In this document: in pieces, positions 10,336 to 20,104 of the stretch | How the letters are laid out: the number at the start of each line of letters is the position of its first letter | Position numbering within the stretch: position 1 is the stretch's first letter | Assembly: GCA_046861385.1 (NCBI GenBank) | Contig: JBHHTW010000009.1 | Location: 1-64,000 of the forward strand | Reading direction: 5' to 3' | DNA length: 64,000 nucleotides | Origin: Fidelibacterota bacterium | Lineage (GTDB): Bacteria; Fidelibacterota; Marinisomatia; Marinisomatales; TCS55 | Made by a program: the position numbers and the translations under genes | Notes under the pieces: generated by a model | The model's database searches: none | Told to the model about the DNA's origin: nothing | The model's input: the letters and a program-made list of their open reading frames with translations, nothing else

Positions 10336-12042
10336 TTGAAAAATACGTTAAGAATTATATTTATTATCGGTTGTGGAACAAGTTTGATGTTTACACAGTC
10401 AATACCATACGCTGAAGATTTTGAAGATGGAGATGTGAGTGAATGGGAATTGTATCGATCAGGGGAAGAAGCGCTTCAAGTTGTGGATATGTCCTCGGCT
10501 CCGGCCACACTTCCAAACGGTGGAAGTAATGTGGGGTATTTACAGGATATTGATGCATCTTATTCCGGAGCAGCCATTGCTCTTGTGGGATCGACCACTG
10601 ATCAAAACTATACGATAGACGGTGATGTTTACGTATATCACAGTCACCCTCAAGGATCTGCTTATACCGGTTTGGTGGTGTATGCGGACACTTCAGTCTC
10701 TGGTTCTGCCAGTCATGGATATTATGTTAAACTAGTGGCAGATTTTGATGGAGATAATCGATTTCGTTTGTACAACAACCAGCTCAATATGTCGACCTTC
10801 CAATACACGTTTTCTCACAGTATTGATGCGTCTGTTGTAGATACCTCTGAAGGCTGGCACCATATGGCAGTAAAAGTTCAAACATTAGATGATGGTACGA
10901 CCGAGTACACGTGTTATTACGATGGTCAAAATCTGGGTTCTTATATTGATGATGGTGCGGATAGAGTCGCTGGCGGACAGTATGGAGTGTATGCCTTTCA
11001 AATGGATGGCGTGGATGGAATTGCCGGGTATTATGATAATATCGCAGTTACGCCAAATCGTAATGTGGTTTTTAGTGAAGATTTTGAAGATGGAGATGTG
11101 AGTGAATGGGAATTGTATCGATCAGGGGAAGAAGCGCTTCAAGTTGTGGATATGTCCTCGGCTCCGGCCACACTTCCAAACGGTGGAAGTAATGTGGGGT
11201 ATTTACAGGATATTGATGCATCTTATTCCGGAGCAGCCATTGCTCTTGTGGGATCGACCACTGATCAAAACTATACGATAGACGGTGATGTTTACGTATA
11301 TCACAGTCACCCTCAAGGATCTGCTTATACCGGTTTGGTGGTGTATGCGGACACTTCAGTCTCTGGTTCTGCCAGTCATGGATATTATGTTAAACTAGTG
11401 GCAGATTTTGATGGAGATAATCGATTTCGTTTGTACAACAACCAGCTCAATATGTCGACCTTCCAATACACGTTTTCTCACAGTATTGATGCGTCTGTTG
11501 TAGATACCTCTGAAGGCTGGCACCATATGGCAGTAAAAGTTCAAACATTAGATGATGGTACGACCGAGTACACGTGTTATTACGATGGTCAAAATCTGGG
11601 TTCTTATATTGATGATGGTGCGGATAGAGTCGCTGGCGGACAGTATGGAGTGTATGCCTTTCAAATGGATGGCGTGGATGGAATTGCCGGCTATTACGAT
11701 AATATAGTTGTATCATCTGATCCTGCCCTTGCCATCGACTCTCATGATAATTTTGATTTACCACAATCTTTTTCATTAAATCAGAATTTTCCAAATCCGT
11801 TTAATCCTACAACGACCATTTCCTTTGATCTGACTCAAAGATCAAATGTATCGTTGGATATTTTTAATATGAATGGACAATTTATCAGGAATCTTATCAG
11901 CGGAAACTACTCCCCGAATCATTACTCCGTTACCTGGGATGGAAAAAATAATCAAGGCCGGGTTGTACCAACAGGTGTATACCTCTACACCATTACGAAT
12001 GGGATGCAAAGAGTTTCTAAAAAAATGATTTTCCTCAAATAA
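10336..12042 (+). CDS. Secreted protein with two identical ConA/LamG-like beta-sandwich domains and FlgD/T9SS-type C-terminal domain
   Basis: Signal peptide; repeated EDFEDG...GWHHMAVKV...YYDN domain; C-terminus QNFPNPFNPTTTI...WDGKN...GVYLY...KKMIFLK. Confidence 0.85.
   Translation: MKNTLRIIFIIGCGTSLMFTQSIPYAEDFEDGDVSEWELYRSGEEALQVVDMSSAPATLPNGGSNVGYLQDIDASYSGAAIALVGSTTDQNYTIDGDVYVYHSHPQGSAYTGLVVYADTSVSGSASHGYYVKLVADFDGDNRFRLYNNQLNMSTFQYTFSHSIDASVVDTSEGWHHMAVKVQTLDDGTTEYTCYYDGQNLGSYIDDGADRVAGGQYGVYAFQMDGVDGIAGYYDNIAVTPNRNVVFSEDFEDGDVSEWELYRSGEEALQVVDMSSAPATLPNGGSNVGYLQDIDASYSGAAIALVGSTTDQNYTIDGDVYVYHSHPQGSAYTGLVVYADTSVSGSASHGYYVKLVADFDGDNRFRLYNNQLNMSTFQYTFSHSIDASVVDTSEGWHHMAVKVQTLDDGTTEYTCYYDGQNLGSYIDDGADRVAGGQYGVYAFQMDGVDGIAGYYDNIVVSSDPALAIDSHDNFDLPQSFSLNQNFPNPFNPTTTISFDLTQRSNVSLDIFNMNGQFIRNLISGNYSPNHYSVTWDGKNNQGRVVPTGVYLYTITNGMQRVSKKMIFLK
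10413..11690 (+). repeat. Exact 615-bp intragenic direct repeat (10413-11027 = 11076-11690)
   Basis: Offset 663 bp (221 codons); no mismatch found by eye; the protein translation repeats exactly. Confidence 0.95.
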
Positions 12043-12052
12043 CTCTGACATA

Positions 12053-12091
12053 AAAGAGAGGGTGCAATGATTCTAATTGCACCCTCTCTTT
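12053..12091 (+). terminator. Perfect 16-bp stem-loop (terminator or mRNA-stabilising hairpin) inside the gene run
   Basis: AAAGAGAGGGTGCAAT-GATTCTA-ATTGCACCCTCTCTTT; ends 7 nt before the next ATG. Confidence 0.75.
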
Positions 12092-12098
12092 AGACCCT

Positions 12099-14720
12099 AT
12101 GATTGCCAAGCGCTATTTTTCCCTTACCCTATTTTTGTTTATGATGACCTCTGGTTTTGCCGGAGTGGGCGGGAAATTCGCCGGCATAATCGTTGATGAA
12201 AAGGGTGATCCGCTCATTGGAGTCAATATCATTATTGAAAATACAGGAATGGGGACAATTTCTGATGGTTACGGTAATTATTATTTCCTAAATATTCCTC
12301 CTGGACATTATGATATAAAATTTATGATGATTGGATACAAAACCGTTATTCATAAAGATATTATTATTATGTCGGATTTCACAACAAATTTAGCCGTTGG
12401 TATGGAACAAACAGTCATCAGCGGAGAGGAAGTGACAGTAACGGCCTCCAAGCCTTTGATACAAAAAGACGCAACCTCATCTATTAAAGTAATTGATGCG
12501 GATAATATCGTAGATATGCCGGTGGTTGACTTCAAAGATATTCTAGCCACCCAAGCTGGATTTACCGAAGATAGTGAAGGCGAAATCCATGTAAGAGGCG
12601 GTCGAACCAAAGAAATTCTTTACATGATCGATGGTATGGTGGTCAAAGATCCGTTGCAAGGTGATTATTCAGGCTCGATCAACCAGAATGCCATTCAAGA
12701 AATGACAATCATTAGCGGCACATTCAATGCTGAATACGGTCAAGCAATGTCCAGTGTTGTGAATATTGTCACCAAGGAAGGAGACGATAAATTCCGTGGC
12801 AAATTTGAATTTATTTCCCCTCAATTAAACGATTCACCCTACCATTCTAACGGCGCATTTAATGCTGTATCGGATGGTGATTATGTCTGGATGGATTTAA
12901 GTGAACCGCTTTTCAATTATCTTGAATCAAATCTGGATAATTCATCGGCAAACCCCCTTCTTCCTTTGATGGATTTACCCGTAAATGGATCTGCCAGTCT
13001 GAGTTTGGGTGGAAAAATTCCTTTTGGAAATTCACATTTTTTTGCATCAGCATTTTATAGCTCAGTAGATGATTATTTACCGCATGGTATTGACATTAAC
13101 CAGGATATACAATTAAAACTTACAACTCGACTTTCTCAAAAAATAAAGCTCACGACTCACATTCATAGTTCAAATAAATTATATCAGCGTTATTCTCACC
13201 GTTGGAAATACAGACCCTTAAATCAAGCCCACACCTTTAAATCCAACGATAGAATTGCGTTGACGCTGACACATTTTATCAGCGAACGTCTTTATTATAA
13301 TTTGTACTTATCGCGGCAAAATGTGGCAACACGAAGAGGAGTTATGGATAAGTTGCCTGGAGACTATGAGCGACCGCTCACAGATGAAACAGTCTATTTC
13401 TACGACACAGGCGACCAGGGGATACTAGTTGATAATCATAGTTTGACACAAACAATTAAAATGGATATGACCCATCAAATAGATAATATTCATCAGTTGA
13501 AAGCGGGCTTTACTTATTCGCCTCACACATTGGATATTTACACAGTAGAGGAACCTTGGGTCGGAGGAACAAATTTCAAGGATGACACGACCTTCACTCC
13601 TCTAGAAGGTTCGTTTTTTATACAGGATAAGATAGAACTTGATTACATTATCCTCAACCTTGGTCTACGTTGGGATTATGTCGATCCAAACGCAACCATG
13701 TGGAAGGACATAAACCGGTTTGTCGTCTGGGATTCCACGGAGAATGTTTGGCTGCCGGCGGAACTTATCACCGCGCCTCCGCAATCCGATTGGAGTCCGA
13801 GGGTTGGAATTGCATTTCCCATCACTGATAATACAGTTTTCCATTTTTCATATGGACATTTTTTCCAGACACCCACATTTGATTCTTTTACCTATAACGC
13901 TGAAAAAGACGTGTCAACCTCCTTGCCTCTCGTTGGAAATCCAAAATTAAAAGCACAGAAAACGGTCTCATTTGAAGCTGGATTGAAACAGGCATTTTCA
14001 AATAAAACGAGTCTGGAAATTAATCTTTGGTCAAAAGACATTCGCGATCTTCTCTCTACCTTACAGATTCGTTACCTATCAAATATGTATGTAGCATATA
14101 CGAACTCTGATTACGCAAGCGTTAAAGGTATCGATTTATCATTGGATAAACAGTTTTCGGGGATTTTTGGAAGTTCAATTGCATACAGCCTGTCAATCGC
14201 AAAGGGAAACAATTCAAATCCAACCGGTGGATATTTTTCAGCATATACTCAGGAAGAGGTTCCCCATCAGGAATTTTTTCTCGATTTTGACCAACGCCAT
14301 GATCTATCCGTTTCCCTATTTATCAAAACACCATCAAAGTATGGCCCCGGTTTTATTGGTTTTCGTCCTTTGTCAAAAATAAATGCAAATTTATTAATTA
14401 ATGGTGGCAGCGGGCTGCCTTATACACCCTACGTGGATCCCACCATAAGAGTCGATATTAATTCCGCAAGGAAGCCGTGGACTTTTTCAGCTGATTTGAG
14501 AATAAAAAAGCACTTTAACATCAATTCCACAGCATTAACATTTTTTCTTGAAGTGATCAATTTGACGGATTATAAGAATATCTATTATGTTTATTCTCGT
14601 ACCGGAAAGCCATTTGACCCCGGTTTTTCCGGAGTAGGTACATCACTAGATGCCAATTATAATCCTCTCCATGTTGGGCAGGGAAGAACAGTTAAAGCAG
14701 GGATTAATATTTCATTATGA
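12099..14720 (+). CDS. TonB-dependent receptor with N-terminal carboxypeptidase-regulatory-like domain
   Basis: GDPLIGVNIII...NIPPGHY; plug IHVRGGR...YMIDG...GTFNAEYG; barrel LNLGLRWD, SPRVGIAFPI, GNPKLKAQKT; ends AGINISL. Confidence 0.93.
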   Translation: MIAKRYFSLTLFLFMMTSGFAGVGGKFAGIIVDEKGDPLIGVNIIIENTGMGTISDGYGNYYFLNIPPGHYDIKFMMIGYKTVIHKDIIIMSDFTTNLAVGMEQTVISGEEVTVTASKPLIQKDATSSIKVIDADNIVDMPVVDFKDILATQAGFTEDSEGEIHVRGGRTKEILYMIDGMVVKDPLQGDYSGSINQNAIQEMTIISGTFNAEYGQAMSSVVNIVTKEGDDKFRGKFEFISPQLNDSPYHSNGAFNAVSDGDYVWMDLSEPLFNYLESNLDNSSANPLLPLMDLPVNGSASLSLGGKIPFGNSHFFASAFYSSVDDYLPHGIDINQDIQLKLTTRLSQKIKLTTHIHSSNKLYQRYSHRWKYRPLNQAHTFKSNDRIALTLTHFISERLYYNLYLSRQNVATRRGVMDKLPGDYERPLTDETVYFYDTGDQGILVDNHSLTQTIKMDMTHQIDNIHQLKAGFTYSPHTLDIYTVEEPWVGGTNFKDDTTFTPLEGSFFIQDKIELDYIILNLGLRWDYVDPNATMWKDINRFVVWDSTENVWLPAELITAPPQSDWSPRVGIAFPITDNTVFHFSYGHFFQTPTFDSFTYNAEKDVSTSLPLVGNPKLKAQKTVSFEAGLKQAFSNKTSLEINLWSKDIRDLLSTLQIRYLSNMYVAYTNSDYASVKGIDLSLDKQFSGIFGSSIAYSLSIAKGNNSNPTGGYFSAYTQEEVPHQEFFLDFDQRHDLSVSLFIKTPSKYGPGFIGFRPLSKINANLLINGGSGLPYTPYVDPTIRVDINSARKPWTFSADLRIKKHFNINSTALTFFLEVINLTDYKNIYYVYSRTGKPFDPGFSGVGTSLDANYNPLHVGQGRTVKAGINISL

Positions 14721-17700
14721 TTAGGAGGAAAAAATCAGCTCTTAATATCGCTTTGGTCACGCTCGCACTTTGCAATATACCAATGAATCTCTTGGGTGTG
14801 GATTGTGCCAAATGTCATGATGAGCCGCCAAAAAGGAGTTACTTTAAATCATCCGGATTTACTGAAAAAGCGGTTGGTGTGATGGATAAAGGACAACTGC
14901 AAAATAATACGAGTAATATTGGTGATCTATCGAGTTTTCATTTATGGTTTACCAATGCTGGGCATTGGCCCCGGACAGCGGATTATGACCGCCAATATGT
15001 ATTCGGATTGGGTTTAGTTGTCGCTGTAAATGAACATAATGTCATTGAAACGGTCACTCAGGGATTGTCAAAAGTAACGGATTGGCTGCCGCCTAACGAT
15101 GCTGCCGGTCGCCATTATTCTGGTGAGATTCGGGCAGAATCTGATGATACACCTTTTCAAGCATCTAGTGATTTTAGGGAAACATGGCCGTTTGGTTATT
15201 ACGACATAAACGGCTCTTGGACATCAACAGATGATCGATACTGGCCTGGATATTTTCGTGTGGATGTAGGAAATGTGAATGAAGATACATTGAACTTACA
15301 CCCCGATTCCCGACTCCTTCCTGACAGAGAAAATGAATTTACGTCCGACAGAGACCTTTTTTGTATTTATAATGATGATGAAAATGCACAGGGAACTATC
15401 GGTATTGAGGTTGAACAATCCTCTTATAGTTACGGACGTCCCTATGCGGAAGATTTTATTTTTTGGGATTTAAAAATTCATAATAATAGTGGCGGTGATT
15501 TGGATAGTATATATATTGGCTTCTATTCAAAATTTCGTCCCGATTATGATAACCACGATTACGTGAATATTATTGATAGTGATTCTGATGGAAAGTTAGA
15601 CTTTGTCTATGTGTACGATCTAAACAATACGCTCAACAAAACCTGGGCGAACGAAGATGATCCTCTTGGTATCGTGGGGTTGCGAATATTTGATACACCG
15701 TATAATCTCGGAGTAACAGATTTTCATCATTTTGCCCGGGGTGTTTCTCCCGTCACAGATGAAGAAATGTGGGCATTGACAACCAGTACAAAGAACGATG
15801 ATGTTTTAGACTCATTATCCTGGTATTTCCATGGTAATAATCGACGGATAGACTACACAGGCCTGGATTCTCTTGAATCGTTTTATCCCTCATGGCTGGA
15901 CGACGAAAGCGGTGTTGAATTGGCCGGAGACGGGATCAATTTTATTATTTCAAGCGGACCTCACAGCATAAAAACAGATTCTTCAGTGTCTGTATCTCTT
16001 GGACTTATTATGGGCGATGCAGGAGAAGTACCCGATTCCCCTGATACAACAGATTTGATGAATAATCTTCGCACAGCTAACAAAATGTACAATCTCTATT
16101 TCCAGGGATCAGGACCCCCGGACCCTCCGACAGTCACTGCAATCCCCGGAGATGAAAAAGCAACTTTGTTTTGGAACTCAGAACCTTCAGAATCTTCAGT
16201 AGATGTTTTAAAAGAAGTAAAAGATTTTGAAGGTTACAAAATATTTCGAAGCACCGACCGGGGTCAAACATGGGGAGAGCCAGTTACCGATGCGTATGGA
16301 ATTCAAGTTGGCTGGGTTCCTATTGCAACATTTGATTATTCGTTTCATGAAGATACATCCAGATATGGGGTTGATGTATCTGGACTCGATCCTTTGTTTC
16401 CACAGTTTTTAGGTACAAATTCTGGTCTCGTTCATACATTTACGGACGATAACCTCATTAATGGACTGGAGTACTGGTATTGTGTAACTGCTTATGATCG
16501 AGGAAGTCAAATACCTGATAGTTTAGAGCAATCCTATTTATATCCCATTGGTTCCTCTATTTTTGAACCACACACTGTTTCAGTTATTCCCAGCAGTAAA
16601 GCAAAAAATTTTGCTGATGCCGTTGTCCCGACAGGCCGGTTAGAACCTCATGGAGGGGTCTGTAACGGTATTGTCAAAATTGAAATGGCTGACCAAACGC
16701 AAATAACAGGTCATGGCTATAAAGTTACCTTTTCCGACAGCGCTCAATACATTGAAGGAGAGGATACAACATTCGGTATGGGTTTCACTCTTGTAGATAC
16801 GACTGATATGGATACACTTTATAATAATTATATTTTCTCTGATCAATCCGGCGATAATCTTCCCATCGTGGATGGCTTTCGAATTACTGTGCAAAATACA
16901 CCCTTAGGCATCAAAGAATTCGGATGGACAAAAGTACAACATGATACGAGTACATTTGACTGGAGATATAAAAGTATTAACCCTGATTTAGGTGGCCAGC
17001 TTATCCAGGAAGATATTTCTTCTTACGATGACTGGAGGATTACGGTAAATTACGATGGGGGAGATTCTGTCCGGTGGACCGATGTTTTCACCGGGTCCGA
17101 GCAGGTTAATAAACAATATTTACCCCTTCGAATTGAAATAATCAGCGATTCGGAAAACCCAAGGGATGTCACCCATTCATCTTGGTTAGGTGAATTCGCA
17201 ATTTTGGCTCCTGAGGATTACCGAAAAGATTACTATAGTCCATTGGGATGGGATCTTGAACCCGGTGGTAAAGGTTACACTCCGGCAAGCATTGGCTGGT
17301 ATGAAAAACACGTAGATATATTAATATTAGAAGCAATTGATTTAGATCCATCTACCGGGGATACACTTACCAATTATTTACTCTTATTCACCAATAATAA
17401 ACCGGACTCGTCCTATAATAAGGACAATGAGTTGGAGATTATCCATGCTAAAGCTCCCTCTGACGGAGACGAGTTCACCATTAGAACTTATAAACCATTT
17501 AGAGAAGAGATTTATTATACATTTGGAACAACAGCAATGACTGAGGGATCTCCTGCTGATTCCAATTCCCTAAAAAATATTCGAGTGGTTCCTGACCCCT
17601 ATATTGTTACTAATATCTGGGAATCCAGTGAATTTGGGAAAAAATTGATGTTTAATAATCTCCCGGATCAATGTACTATAAAAATTTATTCATTAGTTGG

Positions 17701-17860
17701 TGATCTCATTTCGACAGTAAAACACGATGCGCCTAACAACCATGAGTTTTGGAACATGCGCACGAAAAACGATCAATTTATCGCTCCCGGTGTTTACTTA
17801 TTTTATGCTGAAGCACCTAATGGTGATGAAAAAACAGGCAGATTTTTGGTAATAAAATGA
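14717..17860 (+). CDS. Large secreted protein with N-terminal CxxCH, FN3-like region and T9SS-like C-terminal domain
   Basis: Signal peptide then CAKCH; PPDPP..GDEKATLFW..DFEGYKIFRS..NGLEYWYCVTAYD; C-terminal IRVVPDPY..CTIKIYSLVGDL..APGVYLF..GRFLVIK; ATGA overlap with the receptor gene. Confidence 0.8.
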   Translation: MIRRKKSALNIALVTLALCNIPMNLLGVDCAKCHDEPPKRSYFKSSGFTEKAVGVMDKGQLQNNTSNIGDLSSFHLWFTNAGHWPRTADYDRQYVFGLGLVVAVNEHNVIETVTQGLSKVTDWLPPNDAAGRHYSGEIRAESDDTPFQASSDFRETWPFGYYDINGSWTSTDDRYWPGYFRVDVGNVNEDTLNLHPDSRLLPDRENEFTSDRDLFCIYNDDENAQGTIGIEVEQSSYSYGRPYAEDFIFWDLKIHNNSGGDLDSIYIGFYSKFRPDYDNHDYVNIIDSDSDGKLDFVYVYDLNNTLNKTWANEDDPLGIVGLRIFDTPYNLGVTDFHHFARGVSPVTDEEMWALTTSTKNDDVLDSLSWYFHGNNRRIDYTGLDSLESFYPSWLDDESGVELAGDGINFIISSGPHSIKTDSSVSVSLGLIMGDAGEVPDSPDTTDLMNNLRTANKMYNLYFQGSGPPDPPTVTAIPGDEKATLFWNSEPSESSVDVLKEVKDFEGYKIFRSTDRGQTWGEPVTDAYGIQVGWVPIATFDYSFHEDTSRYGVDVSGLDPLFPQFLGTNSGLVHTFTDDNLINGLEYWYCVTAYDRGSQIPDSLEQSYLYPIGSSIFEPHTVSVIPSSKAKNFADAVVPTGRLEPHGGVCNGIVKIEMADQTQITGHGYKVTFSDSAQYIEGEDTTFGMGFTLVDTTDMDTLYNNYIFSDQSGDNLPIVDGFRITVQNTPLGIKEFGWTKVQHDTSTFDWRYKSINPDLGGQLIQEDISSYDDWRITVNYDGGDSVRWTDVFTGSEQVNKQYLPLRIEIISDSENPRDVTHSSWLGEFAILAPEDYRKDYYSPLGWDLEPGGKGYTPASIGWYEKHVDILILEAIDLDPSTGDTLTNYLLLFTNNKPDSSYNKDNELEIIHAKAPSDGDEFTIRTYKPFREEIYYTFGTTAMTEGSPADSNSLKNIRVVPDPYIVTNIWESSEFGKKLMFNNLPDQCTIKIYSLVGDLISTVKHDAPNNHEFWNMRTKNDQFIAPGVYLFYAEAPNGDEKTGRFLVIK

Positions 17861-18876
17861 AAAAATATTTTTTCATAATCATCTTATTCACTTCATTCGG
17901 TTTTAGCGGTGGTGAATTCGATAAAGTTGGAACAACAACAGCCCAATTCCTCAAATTAGGCGTGGGTGCACGAGCAATGGGTATGGGGGGTAGTTTTGTT
18001 GCCGTATCCGATGATGGTTCAGCGATGTATTGGAATCCTGCAGGACTGGTGAACCAGAAAGATTTAACTACTTCCTTCAACCATAATAATTGGGCATTAG
18101 ATATTTCTCATGATTTCGTCGGCGTTTCATTCCCTACAGGGAGATCCGGTGTTTTGGGACTTTCACTCACCGCTCTTTCCATGGATGAACAGGATGTCAC
18201 TACCATTGCCGAGCCGAATGGGAATGGACAAACCTATTCAGTGATGGATATCGCTTTCGGCATAAGTTATGCCCATCAAATCAGTGATCGTTTTAGTTAT
18301 GGTCAGACAGTAAAATTCATTCGTCTAATGGCCTATAATGAAATCGCAAATGCAGTAGCTATTGATATCGGGATGCTTCTTCAAACTGATTATCACGGTT
18401 TGAAAATAGGAATGTGTCTTTCCAATTTTGGCGGTGAACCTAAATACGAAGGACGAGACCTTATCGACAAAGCCGATATCGACGAAGATATTGCCGGAAA
18501 TAACCTGTCCGATGTGACTTTGACAACAGAGCATTGGCCATTGCCATTATTATTTCGTATTGGATTTGCTGTGGATTTGTTCGGAAAGGATGATGCGTTT
18601 ATATCAACTCCCCAACACCGGTTAACCGTGAGCCTTGACGCTGAACATCCAAACGACAGCCGTGAACATTTGAATTTGGGTAGTGAATACGCTTTTAACG
18701 AACGTTTTTTCTTTAGAGGCGGGTATCGATTTAATTATGATGAAGAATTATTAACGCTGGGTGCCGGTATCAAATTAGATATGGGAATTCTTGGTAAAAC
18801 TTTCATGAATTATAGCGTCAGATCCTTCGGACCGTTCGGAAATACGACTCAAATTTCACTGGATTTGGAATTATAA
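17857..18876 (+). CDS. PorV/PorQ (UPF0164)-family outer-membrane barrel
   Basis: AQFLKLGVGARAMGMG...AMYWNPAGL; LPLLFRIG; FFRGGYRF; ATGA overlap with the upstream gene. Confidence 0.88.
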   Translation: MKKYFFIIILFTSFGFSGGEFDKVGTTTAQFLKLGVGARAMGMGGSFVAVSDDGSAMYWNPAGLVNQKDLTTSFNHNNWALDISHDFVGVSFPTGRSGVLGLSLTALSMDEQDVTTIAEPNGNGQTYSVMDIAFGISYAHQISDRFSYGQTVKFIRLMAYNEIANAVAIDIGMLLQTDYHGLKIGMCLSNFGGEPKYEGRDLIDKADIDEDIAGNNLSDVTLTTEHWPLPLLFRIGFAVDLFGKDDAFISTPQHRLTVSLDAEHPNDSREHLNLGSEYAFNERFFFRGGYRFNYDEELLTLGAGIKLDMGILGKTFMNYSVRSFGPFGNTTQISLDLEL

Positions 18877-18904
18877 CAGTTTATAAAAAAAGGAAAAATC
18901 AGAC

Positions 18905-19918
18905 ATGCCAAATATGATAAAGATTTTTGCAATTGGTTTATTTTTTGGATGGTGCGTTATCGCCCAAACACACCAGGTCGACTCATTAAAACCATCGGAA
19001 GACAAGGTTTCGAAAGAGCTGCCCGTTCGTGAAATCCCTAACTTGGACAGAGCAGCAGAAGCTTATTTTTCGCCCGATGGAAAAAGTATTATTTGTAACG
19101 CAAAAGTTGCTGATGACGACGATGTCCATCATGTTTATACTGCTAATATAGATGGAACAGCCATTAAACGAATCAACGATAAAGGTGAAGATGCCTGTTC
19201 ATATTATTATCCGTCGGGAGATAAACTGATTTGGACATCCACCCGGGATTATCCCGATATGCCAGTTGGTGATTGGTCTGTTCCCACCATATATCCGCAG
19301 GGAGCTGAGTTATACTCAAGTGATCTCAATGGAGAACATGTTGTTCGCTTGACTCATAATGAATATTATGATGCAGAAGTGTCTGTTTCTCCTGACGGAA
19401 AATGGATTCTGTTTACACGGCAGATCAATGGAAACCTTGACTTATGGAGAATGAAATCAGACGGCACAGACGAAAGACAGATCACATTTACGGATGATTG
19501 GCAGGAAGGCGGCTCTTTTTATATGCCAGACAGTAAAACGATTCTTTTTCGAGCCTGGAAGAAAGAATTTGATGATGCCCGGGGAAAGCCTATGACCATT
19601 TTCACAATAAACCACGACGGGACCGGGTTAAAACAAATTACTTTTGAAGATGATCAGACCAACTGGGCGCCGCACCCCGGTCCTGATGGAAAACATTTTG
19701 TATTTGTCAAAGTGCTTCCACCCCATAATTTTGAAATTTATATGATGAATCTTGAAACCAGTGAACAAACGCGTCTTACGTACAATGATGCATTTGACGG
19801 TTTCCCTGTTTTATCGCCGGATGGAAACTCATTATTATTTTCTTCCAGTCGAAATGCCAAACCGGGAGAAAGAGGCTTATCTCCGTTTATCATGGATATC
19901 AGTTCATTAATGGAATAA
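18905..19918 (+). CDS. TolB-like PD40 beta-propeller periplasmic protein
   Basis: Signal peptide; repeated SPDGK/SPDGN motifs; RLTHNEYYDAE; RLTYNDAFDGFP. Confidence 0.88.
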   Translation: MPNMIKIFAIGLFFGWCVIAQTHQVDSLKPSEDKVSKELPVREIPNLDRAAEAYFSPDGKSIICNAKVADDDDVHHVYTANIDGTAIKRINDKGEDACSYYYPSGDKLIWTSTRDYPDMPVGDWSVPTIYPQGAELYSSDLNGEHVVRLTHNEYYDAEVSVSPDGKWILFTRQINGNLDLWRMKSDGTDERQITFTDDWQEGGSFYMPDSKTILFRAWKKEFDDARGKPMTIFTINHDGTGLKQITFEDDQTNWAPHPGPDGKHFVFVKVLPPHNFEIYMMNLETSEQTRLTYNDAFDGFPVLSPDGNSLLFSSSRNAKPGERGLSPFIMDISSLME

Positions 19919-20043
19919 ACCTGCAATTCATTAATCAATCCATCCCCATAGCTCATAGTTTACTTTTAATGAATAAATAGCACTTTTTTTCACTCGTGGG
20001 GACGAGCTGACCCAATGATTAATTATCAAATAATATAATGCTC

Positions 20044-20091
20044 TTGTAATAAAAATATTCGTTTTTTACTTTATGACTGACTATTTAGTCA
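20044..20091 (+). promoter_or_regulatory. Putative sigma70 promoter plus palindromic TetR operator
   Basis: TTGTAA-17 nt-TACTTT (20044-20072) followed by TGACT-GACTATTT-AGTCA (20074-20091). Confidence 0.6.
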
Positions 20092-20104
20092 ATAAAAGAA
20101 TATT

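Noticed and set aside
10413-11690. Diversity-generating retroelement TR/VR pair
   Set aside because: The copies are identical, with no adenine-specific mismatches; both are in frame in one gene, and no RT is in the window.
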